A stretch of DNA of 64,000 nt from Acidimicrobiales bacterium (GCA_965237375.1 CBDEFI010000006.1:418407-482406), one strand, 5' to 3'; positions 17,880 to 27,046 are shown, counted from the stretch's first letter. Numbers and translations: made by a program. The notes: generated by a model from the sequence alone, not told the origin.

Positions 17880-19310
17880 GCCTGGATCCACCGGTGGGGT
17901 CTGGTCTGTGGGGGCTAGGGGTGCGCGGAAGTGCCTCGCTGACCTGGGAGAATAGCCGTTAGCAACAGCGGCTACGGCCCGAGTTCGGGAGGCACTTCCT
18001 GTGAGTGAAGTATCGCGCAAGATTGATCGGTTCGGGGTGGTTTTCGACGACGAGTCGTTGGTGGCCGATGCGGGCTTGTTGGCGGCGGGCACGCTGCTGA
18101 GCCGGTTGGGTGTGGCGGCGATCGTTGACCGTGTGGTGTGCCTGTCGGGGCGCGCGGGTGGGGCGGGTCCGGGTCGCAAGGTGGTGACGTTGGTGGCGGC
18201 GATGCTGGTGGGCGCGACGCACATCGATCACGCGAATCGGTTGCGCGCCGGCGCGACGCGGCGGGTGTTGGGGTTCACGGTGATGGCGCCGTCGACGTTG
18301 GGGACGTTCCTGCGTTCGTTCACGTGGGGTCACGTCCGCCAGTTGGACAAGGCGGCCGGCGAGGTGCTGCGCGCGGCGTGGTTGGTCAGCGGCGGCCCCG
18401 GGGAGGATGCGATGACCATCGACGTGGACTCGACGATCTGTGAAGTGGTCGGCAAGGCGAAGGCCGGCGCCGCCTACGGCTACACCGCCGAGTTGGGCTA
18501 TTGCCCGTTGGTGGCGACCCGCGGCGAGACCGGCGAGGTGCTGCATGCCCGCCTGCGCAAGGGGTCGGCCAGAGCGGCAACGCCCATTTCGTCGCCGAAA
18601 CCGTCCACCGCGCCCGACGCGCCGGCGCGACCGGCGAACTGACCGTGCGCGCCGACGCGGGGTTCTGGTCCTATGACCTCCTCGACACTCTGGAGCGCCT
18701 CAAGGTGCGCTGGTCGATCACGATGCCGCTGTACGCCCACGTCAAAGCCGCCATTGATGCCATTGCCGACGCGGACTGGACGCCGATCGACTATCGGCTC
18801 GGCGGCGAAGCGCACGTGGCGGCGACCACCCTCGTCGCCGGCGCCCGCGGCGAGGGGCGCAAGCTGCGCCTCGTGGTGCGCCGCAGCCGCCTCACCGACG
18901 AAACACAAGCGGCGTTATGGCCCGACTGGCGCTACCACGCCTTCGTCACCAACACCACATCTGACACCGTCGCCGCCGACGTGTTCCACCGCCAACACGC
19001 CACCGTCGAACTCGCCATTCGCGACCTCAAGAACTCCACCGGCCTCGCCCACCTGCCGTCGGGACGCTTCGCCGCCAACGCCGCCTGGCTGACCTGCGCC
19101 ACCCTGGCCCACAACCTCTACCGCTGGATCAACCACCACACCCCCAACCGCCGCGGCCGACTCACCGCCGGGCAAACCGTCCGCAACCAACTCCTCGCCC
19201 TCCCCGGACGCCTCGTCAACCACGCCGGACGCACCATCTTGCGCCTACCCGCCCACTGGCCCTGGGCGCCCACCTTCCACACCACCCTCACCAACATCCG
19301 CAACCTCCCC
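17880..19310 (+). mobile_element. IS1380-family element, copy B (abutted at its 3' end by IS3 type 1)
   Basis: Same sequence as copy A but without the nested IS3 type 2. The junction with IS3 type 1 (…caacctcccc|tgttctgg…) is identical in both copies. Confidence 0.8.
18001..19310 (+). pseudogene. IS1380-family transposase with an internal frameshift (~18560)
   Basis: ORFs 18001-18642 and 18501-19424 join into one IS1380-type protein only after a frame change following LHARLRKGSA. The C-terminal read-through enters IS3. Confidence 0.8.
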
Positions 19311-19398
19311 TGTTCTGGTTCTGAGTTCGTGTCCGGTTTTGGGTGGTTGATTAGCCCACATTGGGGGTGGGAGCGTGGCGTTGTGAAGGGAGCGTCAG

Positions 19399-19740
19399 AT
19401 GAGCAGTTCTTCGAAGTCCGGTGAGCGTGGCAGGCGCCGTCGGCGGTTCTTGTCGCCGGCGGAGAAGTATGAGGCGTTCGTGCAGGTGCTGACCGGTGAG
19501 ATGACCGTCGCTGCGTGCGCGGATCATTGGGGGGTGGATCGTTCGACGATCATGAAGGCCCGCGAGGTGGCCAAGCGGGGCGCCCTGGAGGCGTTGGCGT
19601 CGTCGCGGCCGGGGGTGCGCGCGGGCGGTGAGGATCCCGAGTTGGCAATGGCCCGCGGTGAGGTGGCGCGGCTGGGTGAGGCGCTCAAGGAGATGGCGGT
19701 GAAGGTCACGTTGTTGGAGGGAAAAGAGCGTTGGGGGTGA
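19399..19740 (+). CDS. IS3-family transposase OrfA
   Basis: Identical to the 6500-6841 product. Confidence 0.9.
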   Translation: MSSSSKSGERGRRRRRFLSPAEKYEAFVQVLTGEMTVAACADHWGVDRSTIMKAREVAKRGALEALASSRPGVRAGGEDPELAMARGEVARLGEALKEMAVKVTLLEGKERWG

Positions 19741-20774
19741 ACGCCGGCGTGCCCCCGCGTGTCGATGCCGGTGTCAAGGCCGCCTTGTTGGACCTCGTCG
19801 ATGGTGCCGTGGGCGAGGGTTGGGCGGCGTCTCGGGCGTGCGCTGTGTTGGAGTTGGATTCCCGCCGCTGGCGGCGGTGGCGGCACCGCCAGGCGGCCGG
19901 CCGCCTCGACGACAGCGCCGCCGGCGGCGGCGCTGTGCACGCCATCACGCCCGCCGAGCAGCAGGCGATCTTGGAGCTGTTCGACGCGTGGGGCGACATC
20001 GACGGCGGCTACCGCAAGCTCGCGCACCGCGCCTCCTATGAGGGGCTCGTGTGGGTGTCACCGTCGACGGTGTACCGCACCCTGGCAGGTCAGGGCCTTG
20101 TCCTACCCGCCCGGCCTCAGCGCAGTCCCGCTGCGGCGCGCCCGATGCCGGACTGGGTGCGCTGGGAACGCCACCAGATCTGGATCTATGACATCACCCA
20201 CTTCCCCCGCGCGAACCAGGTCGCCTACGCCATCTTGGACGTCGTTACCCGCAAATGGCTCGCCACCCTCGTCAGCGTCGAGGAGACCGCCACACAGGTC
20301 GAAGTCGTCTTCTGCGACGCGCTCGACGCCGAAGGACTCTGGGAACACATCGAGGCCCGCCAAGCCAACAGCGACGACGCCGAGCCGATCCTGCTGGCCA
20401 TGAGCGACAACGGCCCTCAAATGCGCGCCGGCACCACACGAGAGTTCTTCGCCATGTGCTCCATCGCCGCGCACTACGGCCGCCCCGGCACCCCGACTGA
20501 CCAAGCATGGATCGAAACGCTCTTCGGCCACATCAAAACCGAATGGCCCCACCTCGAACAAATCACCGACCCCAACACGCTGCGCACCGAACTCGACACC
20601 GTCCGCGACGACTACAACACCCGACGCCTGCACGCCTCCCTCCGCTACGTCACCCCCGACGACGAACACCAAGGACGTGGCGACACCATCCGCCAGGCCC
20701 GCCGCGACGGCCTCACCCGAGCCCGCCGCGACCGCATCGCCTACCATCGCAAAAACAAACCAACCCAGCCATGA
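19731..20774 (+). CDS. IS3-family transposase OrfB
   Basis: 347 aa, near-identical to the 5466-6509 product. Confidence 0.9.
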   Translation: MGVNAGVPPRVDAGVKAALLDLVDGAVGEGWAASRACAVLELDSRRWRRWRHRQAAGRLDDSAAGGGAVHAITPAEQQAILELFDAWGDIDGGYRKLAHRASYEGLVWVSPSTVYRTLAGQGLVLPARPQRSPAAARPMPDWVRWERHQIWIYDITHFPRANQVAYAILDVVTRKWLATLVSVEETATQVEVVFCDALDAEGLWEHIEARQANSDDAEPILLAMSDNGPQMRAGTTREFFAMCSIAAHYGRPGTPTDQAWIETLFGHIKTEWPHLEQITDPNTLRTELDTVRDDYNTRRLHASLRYVTPDDEHQGRGDTIRQARRDGLTRARRDRIAYHRKNKPTQP

Positions 20775-21107
20775 CCCCCCACCCCGAACGTGGGCTAATC
20801 AAACCGCCCAAAGCGGACATTCACTCAGAAGCACCTCACGTTCAGGGGGCGGTACGCCTAAGTTGCCGCCAGGTTGTTGGCGTCGGCCAGAATCCGTAGT
20901 CGATGACGGTGATGACCTCGCAGTCGGTGCTCATGTCGGCCCAGGCATCGGCACGGCCCATGCCGCCAAGGTGACGGACCAGTGATCCTCCCCGGGTCTT
21001 GCGCAGGCTGTGGTGTGCCCCGTGTTCCGCGCGGTCGGAGGTGAGCCCCGGGTTTCGCGCGGTCAGGTCATTTGATCGGTGGCGGAGGCGAGGGCACCCC
21101 TGAGACG

Positions 21108-21365
21108 CAGTTCCCACACTTGTTCCCACGCGGCGTGGCGGGAAACCTGACGCACAGCAGGCACGGGTAAGACCGCGTCAAGTCAAGCGCCGCTGTGACC
21201 TCGGAGTTCTGAGGCGTCATGGTGGCTCATGAGTCCGCATGGGGTCGCATGAGCGTCCAAAGTGGAGCTGGGGGGAATCACATCATCACGACAAAGACCT
21301 GGTCAGAGGGTATTCGGAGAGCAATCTCTGGACGACTTCCCACGCTTGTTCCCACGTGGTCTGGG
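21108..21365 (-). promoter_or_regulatory. attP-like / island-junction module (arm boxes - exact ssrA core - conserved arm - arm boxes)
   Basis: TTCCCAC pairs lie at 21111-21117/21123-21129 and 21337-21343/21349-21355, either side of the core at 21257-21279. The ~125 bp between core and left boxes is conserved with 27710-27830, 57460-57590 and 61470-61600. Confidence 0.6.
21257..21279 (-). repeat. Exact 23-nt inverted copy of the ssrA 3' end/flank (43692-43714)
   Basis: ccaaagtggagctggggggaatc is the reverse complement of gattccccccagctccactttgg. Confidence 0.95.
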
Positions 21366-21451
21366 TAGCTTGGTCGCGGATCCCGGGGCACGCCTCAGCG
21401 GGCGCAATACCCGGGGAGAGTCACCGACCGCCGCGTGGGTAGCGTGGGGCT

Positions 21452-21772
21452 GTGAGTACCGGGACTCGCCCACTGGGGCGCATGACCGTCTCCATTCCCG
21501 AGGAGCTACTCGACCGGTCCTTGCCCAAAGCGACCGGCGTCGTGCGGCTCCCCGGCCACATCGCGTGGAGCCCTCCCTACCAGTACGACCTGGCGGATCG
21601 TCGGGACCGCCGCGACGCCTACCAGCGGGTGATGACCGAGGGCCTCGCCGAGGACGTCGTGCACTTCATCGATGTTGACCAGGTCGTCGACATGTGGGAC
21701 GAACTGCATCTCTCGCCCCATGTCCGCGAGCCGTGGGAGCGCTGGCTGCGGGCCCGAGGGTTGCTTGACTAG
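21452..21772 (+). CDS. Small conserved hypothetical protein, paralog 1 of 3 (NTase-associated)
   Basis: 106 aa: IPEELLDRSLPKATGVVRLPGHIAWSPPYQYDLADRRDRRDAYQRVMTEGLAEDVVHFIDVDQVVDMWDELHLSPHVREPWERWLRARGLLD. Paralogs lie at 27097-27486 and 60534-60923. Confidence 0.7.
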   Translation: MSTGTRPLGRMTVSIPEELLDRSLPKATGVVRLPGHIAWSPPYQYDLADRRDRRDAYQRVMTEGLAEDVVHFIDVDQVVDMWDELHLSPHVREPWERWLRARGLLD

Positions 21773-22090
21773 CCGGACGGGGCTCGCTGCCCTGCAGCGG
21801 CGGATCTGGCGGATCGTCGGGGAACTCCCGCCTGGCACGAATCTCGCTCTCGTCGGTGGCGGCGCCCTCATCGTCTGCGAGGTCCTCGACCGGCCCACCA
21901 CCGACCTCGACTTCTTCGCCCCGTACCCCCGGCGGATCGACGAGGTGATCGGTCTCGTCCAGGGTGCCCTTGAGGCCGACGGGCTGCAGGTCACCCGCCT
22001 CGACGACAAACCCAGCTTCGCCAGACTCCGGATCGAGTCCGCGGAGGACACCACCACCGTCGATCTCGCCACCGACGCTCGTCTGATGGG
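21765..22090 (+). pseudogene. AbiEii-like nucleotidyltransferase, N-terminal fragment
   Basis: The TTG start overlaps the upstream stop. LQRRIWRIVGELPPGTNLALVGGGALIVCEVLDRPTTDLDFFAP...LEADGLQVTRLDD...TTVDLATDARL aligns with the 60530-59878 product. Similarity ends near 22090. Confidence 0.6.
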
Positions 22091-22166
22091 ATTTCTCCGA
22101 TCAGCGGAGGGATCATCGCCATCTGATCGGACCTCGCCGCCGAGCGCTATTCACGCTATTCATATG

Positions 22167-22904
22167 TCAAGGGATCCCGGGCTGTTCGGGAGTCGTGGGA
22201 GGTTCGGGCGGTATGCCGGCAGCGGCGCGCTGGCGGTGCAGTTCCTCCTCCACGTCGTGTGCCCGCCGCTTGAGGTAGGCGACGGTGACGTCGCGGGCGT
22301 CATCGAACAGCGGGTCGGCCTCACCGCCCGCAGGGAACCGCAATTTGAAGATCAGGTTGTCGAGGATTCCGCTGTCCAACTCGGGGCCGAAGCGCTGCCG
22401 GTAGTACCGGATGCCGTCTTCGAGGCGGTGCGCGGTGAGGCTGTCGATGGATGCGAGGTCCAGCAGGTCTCTGAGGTTGCTGCGCCAAAGCAGCGTGTCG
22501 AGTTTGAGGGCGAGGAGGTCCTCCAGTGACGCCACGGGCATTCCGCCGACGGTCGGCCCCCGTTGAATCGTTCGCGGTTCCTGCAACCGGTGTTCGGCCT
22601 GGGGATCTTCGAAGACGTGGACGCGCACGTCGTCGAGCAGCACCAGCACTTCGTGGCGGCTACGTGCCAGGGCGACGAAGGACGATTCCGCCGCCGCTTC
22701 GAGCCGGTCCCTGATCTCTGCGGTGTCGAACGGGCCGGGGGTCAGGATGTCGATGTCCTCGCTGCGGCGATGCCGCAGGTGGATGGCGATGGCTGTGCCG
22801 CCCACCAAGACGCCGCCGGTCCGGGAGGCGATTCGACCGGCTTTGGGCCACGCGGCACGCAGTCGGGCGTCGAGAACTTCCTCCCAGGCGTCGATGTCAG
22901 CCAC
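22167..22904 (-). CDS. Nucleotidyltransferase, AbiEii/AbiGii toxin-like
   Basis: GTG at 22904. Motifs: VLVGGTAIAIHLRHRRSEDIDILT and ...ASLEDLLALKLDTLLWRSNLRDLLDL. The 584-aa ORF-track version is an upstream read-through. Confidence 0.7.
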   Translation of the reverse strand: MADIDAWEEVLDARLRAAWPKAGRIASRTGGVLVGGTAIAIHLRHRRSEDIDILTPGPFDTAEIRDRLEAAAESSFVALARSRHEVLVLLDDVRVHVFEDPQAEHRLQEPRTIQRGPTVGGMPVASLEDLLALKLDTLLWRSNLRDLLDLASIDSLTAHRLEDGIRYYRQRFGPELDSGILDNLIFKLRFPAGGEADPLFDDARDVTVAYLKRRAHDVEEELHRQRAAAGIPPEPPTTPEQPGIP

Positions 22905-24163
22905 GGTGCGCCGCGGTGAGTTCTTGCACCGCCCTCTCCACGTCGGGGCCGCAGCCGGGTATGGCCGTCTGTGCCCCGAGGGGCGTCCAGCGGCAGGTGC
23001 CGCAGCGCCCAGCGCTTGGCATCGGGGTCCAGGAACCGGCCGTTCAGCAGCCGGTTGGCAACGAGGAGGGCATCGCGTGGCAGCCGGATGTCGGCGGGGT
23101 CGGGTCCCGACCAGAACAGGTGCCATAGATCCGCCGGCAGCCTCTCGGGACAGACGGCCCGGGGGGCGTGGCGCAGGCGGGGCAGATAGGGGCTCAACGC
23201 GTTGGCGCGTTCGGTGAGGCTCCAGATGCGTACCTGGCGGGTGCGGTGCCGCCACGGGATCGTCCGCACAGCCGACGCCACATAGCCGTCGCATGCCAAC
23301 CCGGCCAGGACGCGCTGGGAGTGACGGCGCGTAATCCCCGCGGTCTCGGCCAGCACCGCCGAGTCGGCGCCGTCCAGATAGGTGTGCAGCACCGTCAGCA
23401 CCAGCACTTCGGACTCGGTGATGTCCGGGCGCGGATGCGGCGGCGGCGCGACGGCCAGCTCCCACACCGGTCGCGGGGGTGTGAGCCACCGGTTCCGCCC
23501 AGCGGGCCTCGCCGGCAACCCGTCGTCGAGCCTCCGCCACCAATCCCCCAGGAGGCCGCCCCCAGCCTCCGACGGCGCTGCCTGTCCCGAGGGCAGCCCA
23601 CCCGCTCCGGGCGGCCGGCCGGGCAGCGATCCATCGCCTGAGCGGCCGCCCTGCCGCAGAATCCCCAGCACGCGCCCGGCAAGACGCTCTGGACGGTCGT
23701 AGGGACAGACGATCCCGCCGCAAGCCGCACGGAGACCCTCGGCTACGTCCCGGCTCGCCCCGGTGGTGATGCCGCAGGTCTCCCGCAGCGCCTCGGGTCG
23801 CACGACGAACGGTCCGTTGGTCGACAGCGCCACCCCCACAGCCCACGCCCGCAGCGGCGCCCGCCTCCTCTCCAGAGCGGTGCCGGTGCGTACGTTGAAG
23901 CGGCGCCGACACGACCCGCACCAGTAGCGGCCGTCAGGATCGGCCGCGCCACCGCGCGACGGTGTCGCGCACCTCGGGCAACCTGGCCCGTCCGGCCAGC
24001 GAACCCCCTCGAGCCACACCCGCGCCGCTCGCTCGTCGCCGAACGCGATCGCAGCATCCTCAACGGCAAACGGATAGCGAAGCGGCGCGGACTCCCGAAT
24101 GACCGGATCATACACGCGGTGCGCCATCAACCGCCAAGTCATGTCGCCTCGAAGCCGCAGCAC
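22742..24163 (-). CDS. Zn-ribbon (IS1595-transposase-type) + wHTH protein, putative AbiEi-like partner (3' end uncertain)
   Basis: N-terminus: ERAARVWLEGVRWPDGPGCPRCATPS...RYWCGSCRRRFNVRTGTALERRRAPLRAW. Middle: LTVLHTYLDGADSAVLAETAGITRRHSQRVLAGLACDGYV. The ORF overlaps the downstream NTase start by ~160 nt, so the true stop may be hidden by a frame error. Confidence 0.55.
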   Translation of the reverse strand: MLRLRGDMTWRLMAHRVYDPVIRESAPLRYPFAVEDAAIAFGDERAARVWLEGVRWPDGPGCPRCATPSRGGAADPDGRYWCGSCRRRFNVRTGTALERRRAPLRAWAVGVALSTNGPFVVRPEALRETCGITTGASRDVAEGLRAACGGIVCPYDRPERLAGRVLGILRQGGRSGDGSLPGRPPGAGGLPSGQAAPSEAGGGLLGDWWRRLDDGLPARPAGRNRWLTPPRPVWELAVAPPPHPRPDITESEVLVLTVLHTYLDGADSAVLAETAGITRRHSQRVLAGLACDGYVASAVRTIPWRHRTRQVRIWSLTERANALSPYLPRLRHAPRAVCPERLPADLWHLFWSGPDPADIRLPRDALLVANRLLNGRFLDPDAKRWALRHLPLDAPRGTDGHTRLRPRRGEGGARTHRGAPWLTSTPGRKFSTPDCVPRGPKPVESPPGPAASWWAAQPSPSTCGIAAARTSTS

Positions 24164-24776
24164 AGTTCTGCGGGATCACCGAATGCGGCCGAGTGCGGCG
24201 AGCACGATGTCGGTCGCGTGCAGCGTTTGCCACGCCGCCAGGGAGATGTCGCGGCGCTGCCGAAATCCAGAACAGGGCACGATTCGGGCGAGGCGCGGCG
24301 AGATGGTTTGAATCACCCGGGCCTGGTTGAGGCGCCGGTGTGCTCTGGTTTCGCGCGATCAGCTTGCTCGATCTCGGGCGGTGGTCCCGGTGTGACGAAG
24401 CGCGTACGCAACGACATCGAGCCAGCCCCGCCGGCGGCCCCACCCGCAGTTTCTCCTCGGGGCTCTTCTTCGATGCCTTCGCCATGCTCATCTCCTTACG
24501 TCAGACTCAAACCACCGCCTGAGCAAGAAACGATGACACGCGACAGGCTCAACCCTGACGCGACTGAACCCCGACTGATCGAAAGGCGCCGCCGGGCGGA
24601 GTTGAACGTTCCCCCTGCGCCCCGGTTCCCACGCGTCTTCCCACACAGGTCACCAGCCCTTGTGGGAGCGGGTCGAGTGGGCCTTGCCACCCCGCCCCAG
24701 CGCTCAGGCGAGGGGGCCGAGACCGAAACCGCCCAGCCGCCGCGAATCCTGGGGAGGTTGGCCGCGTTGGGGGTCG

Positions 24777-25184
24777 TCAGTTGTCCGAGGAGGGGTGTGA
24801 GGGTGGGGACAGCTCGCGCAGCAGGTTGGCGATCTCCTCGACGGCAAGGTCCTCGGCCGCCACGCGCATGACGAGTTCGTACACGTCGTGGTTGTGAGCC
24901 GCTGTCACGGAGGCTCCGTTGAGTTCGAGGAACACCGCTGTTGCGAGCCATCCCAGGCGCTTGTTGCCGTCGATGAGGGCGTGGTTGTTGACGACGGACT
25001 GCAACAACGCGGCCGACTTCGTCCAGGTGTCGGGATAGGCGTCGGTGCCGAACGCGTTGGCCTGCGGGCGCGCCGCCGCGGCGGTGAGCAGTCCGACATC
25101 GCGGACCGGGGGTGGATCTCCGAGCAGGCGGCGGGCGAGTTCGATCAGGTCGTCGGTGTCGAGGAACTCGACCGAACCGGTCAC
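24777..25184 (-). CDS. doc: Doc (death-on-curing) / Fic-family toxin
   Basis: 135 aa: VRDVGLLTAAAARPQANAFGTDAYPDTWTKSAALLQSVVNNHALIDGNKRLGWLATAVFLELNG. Confidence 0.85.
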   Translation of the reverse strand: MTGSVEFLDTDDLIELARRLLGDPPPVRDVGLLTAAAARPQANAFGTDAYPDTWTKSAALLQSVVNNHALIDGNKRLGWLATAVFLELNGASVTAAHNHDVYELVMRVAAEDLAVEEIANLLRELSPPSHPSSDN

Positions 25185-25390
25185 TCTCCCAGACGCCGCA
25201 GCGCCTCACCGTGGCGGCGCATCACCGACTCGGCCGCAGCGCCGACGCGGTCCTGATGATCGCGGCGCGCCACGAATTCGCGCACGGCGCGGCGGGCCGC
25301 CTCCTGCATCGATACGCCGTCGAGGGCGGCGCGCTCGCGCAGGGCATGGCGCTCCTCATCGGTCAGCCGCAACGTCATCGCCACACTCAT
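25181..25390 (-). CDS. RHH (Phd/CopG-like) antitoxin of Doc
   Basis: 69 aa: MTLRLTDEERHALRERAALDGVSMQEAARRAVREFV. It has a 4-nt overlap with doc. Confidence 0.8.
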   Translation of the reverse strand: MSVAMTLRLTDEERHALRERAALDGVSMQEAARRAVREFVARRDHQDRVGAAAESVMRRHGEALRRLGE

Positions 25391-25547
25391 GTGGTATCAC
25401 AGCGATACCGCCCAAGCTCCGCCACGCCACTACCCCGAGATCCAACAAGCTCACCGCGCGAAACCTGGAGGACACCACAGCCTCCACAAAAGCCAGTGCG
25501 ATTCTGTTGACGACGCGGCTGCCAGACCCCTGGGAGGGGCGAGACTC

Positions 25548-26384
25548 CTAGATGTCGAGGCCGGATACCGCAGGGCCGGCAGCGGGGGAGTCCGGAGGTT
25601 CAACACCGCGGCCGAAGGCGGGCTCCTCGGACAGAGGCGCCCCTGGGAGCAGCGTGCGCAGCGTCAGCCTCGCCGCCCTTGAGGCCAGCGGGTCGAGGTC
25701 TTGCCAGACAGCGTGGTCGGGCGCCGCGATTTCCGCCACGCTCTGCAGCCGCGCCCGGTCTTTCCTCAAGAGCTGCGGCGCCAGCTCCGACGGGTCCGCT
25801 ACGAGGCTCAGCAGCAGGCCGAGATCGCCGAGTTGCACCTGCCGGTCGCGGTGCACGGGCACCGCGGCGGCCTTGCAGATGATCGCCCCCAACAACGAGG
25901 GCCGCGGTATGTGCCCCTGTGTGCCCGCGCACTCCACCGGGAGCAGCTCGGTGCGCGCAAGCGCCTGAGTCCCCCCGGGTACTTGAATCGTGCGGCCCGG
26001 CGGAGTGGTTGTCAGGTCGGCGCGGGCGCCGAGGCCTTCGGGCGCCAGCACGTCGATGACCGAGTGCCCGCGGGCGTAGCGATGAGCGATCCCGTCAGGG
26101 GATTCTCCCGCCAGTGTGAACCCGAGCGCCTCGACGAGGGCGACGAAGTCGCCCACAGCGCCGGCGACAATCCGAGCGTTGACGAGGATGTCGAGATCGG
26201 TCGACACGCGAGACGGCTCGGCGTCGTGCTCGAGGGCGTGCAGCAGGACCATCTGGCCGCCAATCAGGGTCCAGCCGTCGGGCTTGACGGCGGCGAGTTC
26301 GCACAACGTGGTCCAGATCTCGCCGGCCGGGCCGGGAGAAGCTGGCAACCGTAGAGGTGGGCCCGGGAGCCGCGGGACGTTCAC
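25548..26384 (-). CDS. Nucleotidyltransferase-fold protein (AbiEii-related, divergent)
   Basis: GTG at 26384 overlaps the upstream TGA (GTGA). Motif: WTLIGGQMVLLHALEHDAEPSRVSTDLDILVNA. Confidence 0.55.
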   Translation of the reverse strand: MNVPRLPGPPLRLPASPGPAGEIWTTLCELAAVKPDGWTLIGGQMVLLHALEHDAEPSRVSTDLDILVNARIVAGAVGDFVALVEALGFTLAGESPDGIAHRYARGHSVIDVLAPEGLGARADLTTTPPGRTIQVPGGTQALARTELLPVECAGTQGHIPRPSLLGAIICKAAAVPVHRDRQVQLGDLGLLLSLVADPSELAPQLLRKDRARLQSVAEIAAPDHAVWQDLDPLASRAARLTLRTLLPGAPLSEEPAFGRGVEPPDSPAAGPAVSGLDI

Positions 26385-27046
26385 AGGCGACCCAGCAGCT
26401 CGCCGCCAACCCGGCGCTCGCGAGCGTTGGGGGAATCTGCGAGATCCACGGCGACCACAGGCAGCGACGCAGCAGCGACCCCGGCCGGGAACGGCCAGCA
26501 GTCGTCCTGCACACTTCGCAGGCACACGTTGAAGGTGTCCGCACCTTCCTCCATCGGCACCTGCCTGAGCAGGTGTTCCAGCTCGCCGGCGCGGACATAG
26601 GCCTCGAGGGGCCCTGACCCGGCGAGGGCCAGGCCGTGTTCGGGAGCGGCGCTGGCCGCCGTGCGGACCACTCCGGGGCGGTCCGCTATCCGCGGGACCG
26701 CCGACGGGTGGGCGTAGAACCAGCGGATATGCGCGCGCTCCCTGAGTTGGTCGCGCAGCTCAGGCAGCCCGCGGGCGTAGCGCTCGCGGGCCCGAGAGCG
26801 CACAGCGGCAGTGCCGGCGGGATCCTCGCCGGCCGCCAATGCGAGGACCGCCCAAGCCGACGCGGCGCTCCAGGGTCGATGAGCAGGACGCCGCGTCCGG
26901 CCGGCCACGCGCACCGAATGCTCGTCGAGCACCCACACACCGCCGACACGCTGACCCGCCAACATGCCATTGGAGAGCATCTGCCGCACACGGCGCGGAC
27001 TCACCCCAAGCTCGGCGGCCGCCGACGTCACGCTCAGCAACACCAT
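26381..27046 (-). CDS. Excisionase-type HTH protein with AbiEi-like C-terminal domain (putative antitoxin)
   Basis: ATG at 27046. Motif: LSVTSAAAELGVSPRRVRQMLSNGMLAGQRVGGVWVLDEHSV. It is translationally coupled to the NTase gene. Confidence 0.55.
   Translation of the reverse strand: MVLLSVTSAAAELGVSPRRVRQMLSNGMLAGQRVGGVWVLDEHSVRVAGRTRRPAHRPWSAASAWAVLALAAGEDPAGTAAVRSRARERYARGLPELRDQLRERAHIRWFYAHPSAVPRIADRPGVVRTAASAAPEHGLALAGSGPLEAYVRAGELEHLLRQVPMEEGADTFNVCLRSVQDDCWPFPAGVAAASLPVVAVDLADSPNARERRVGGELLGRL

Larger units (their letters stand above)
19311..20838 (+). mobile_element. IS3-family element, type 1, copy B
   Basis: Inverted copy of 5402-6929 with only a few substitutions (for example OrfB R/Q and L/M differences). 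Confidence 0.85.

Noticed and set aside
20842-21129. 95-aa ORF with an HSLRKT...VIDY pattern reminiscent of the tyrosine-recombinase box II
   Set aside because: The spacing to the putative Tyr is off by 3-4 residues, the second His is absent and the similarity covers only ~40 aa. It could be an integrase C-terminal remnant next to the att-like module, but the evidence is too thin to annotate.
22905-23921. N-terminal 340 aa of the 584-aa ORF 22167-23921
   Set aside because: It is an Arg/Pro/Ala-rich, low-complexity frame overlapping the Zn-ribbon/wHTH gene. NTase similarity begins only at the GTG at 22904.
24108-24491. 127-aa ORF starting MSMAKASKKSPEEKLRV, resembling an IS3-type OrfA start
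   Set aside because: Only ~12 residues resemble OrfA. The remainder is Arg/Pro-rich in every frame. The start region does share a short nucleotide motif (cagac.caa.cc...cctgagcaagaaa) with 61150-61190, so it may be repeat-derived rather than a gene.
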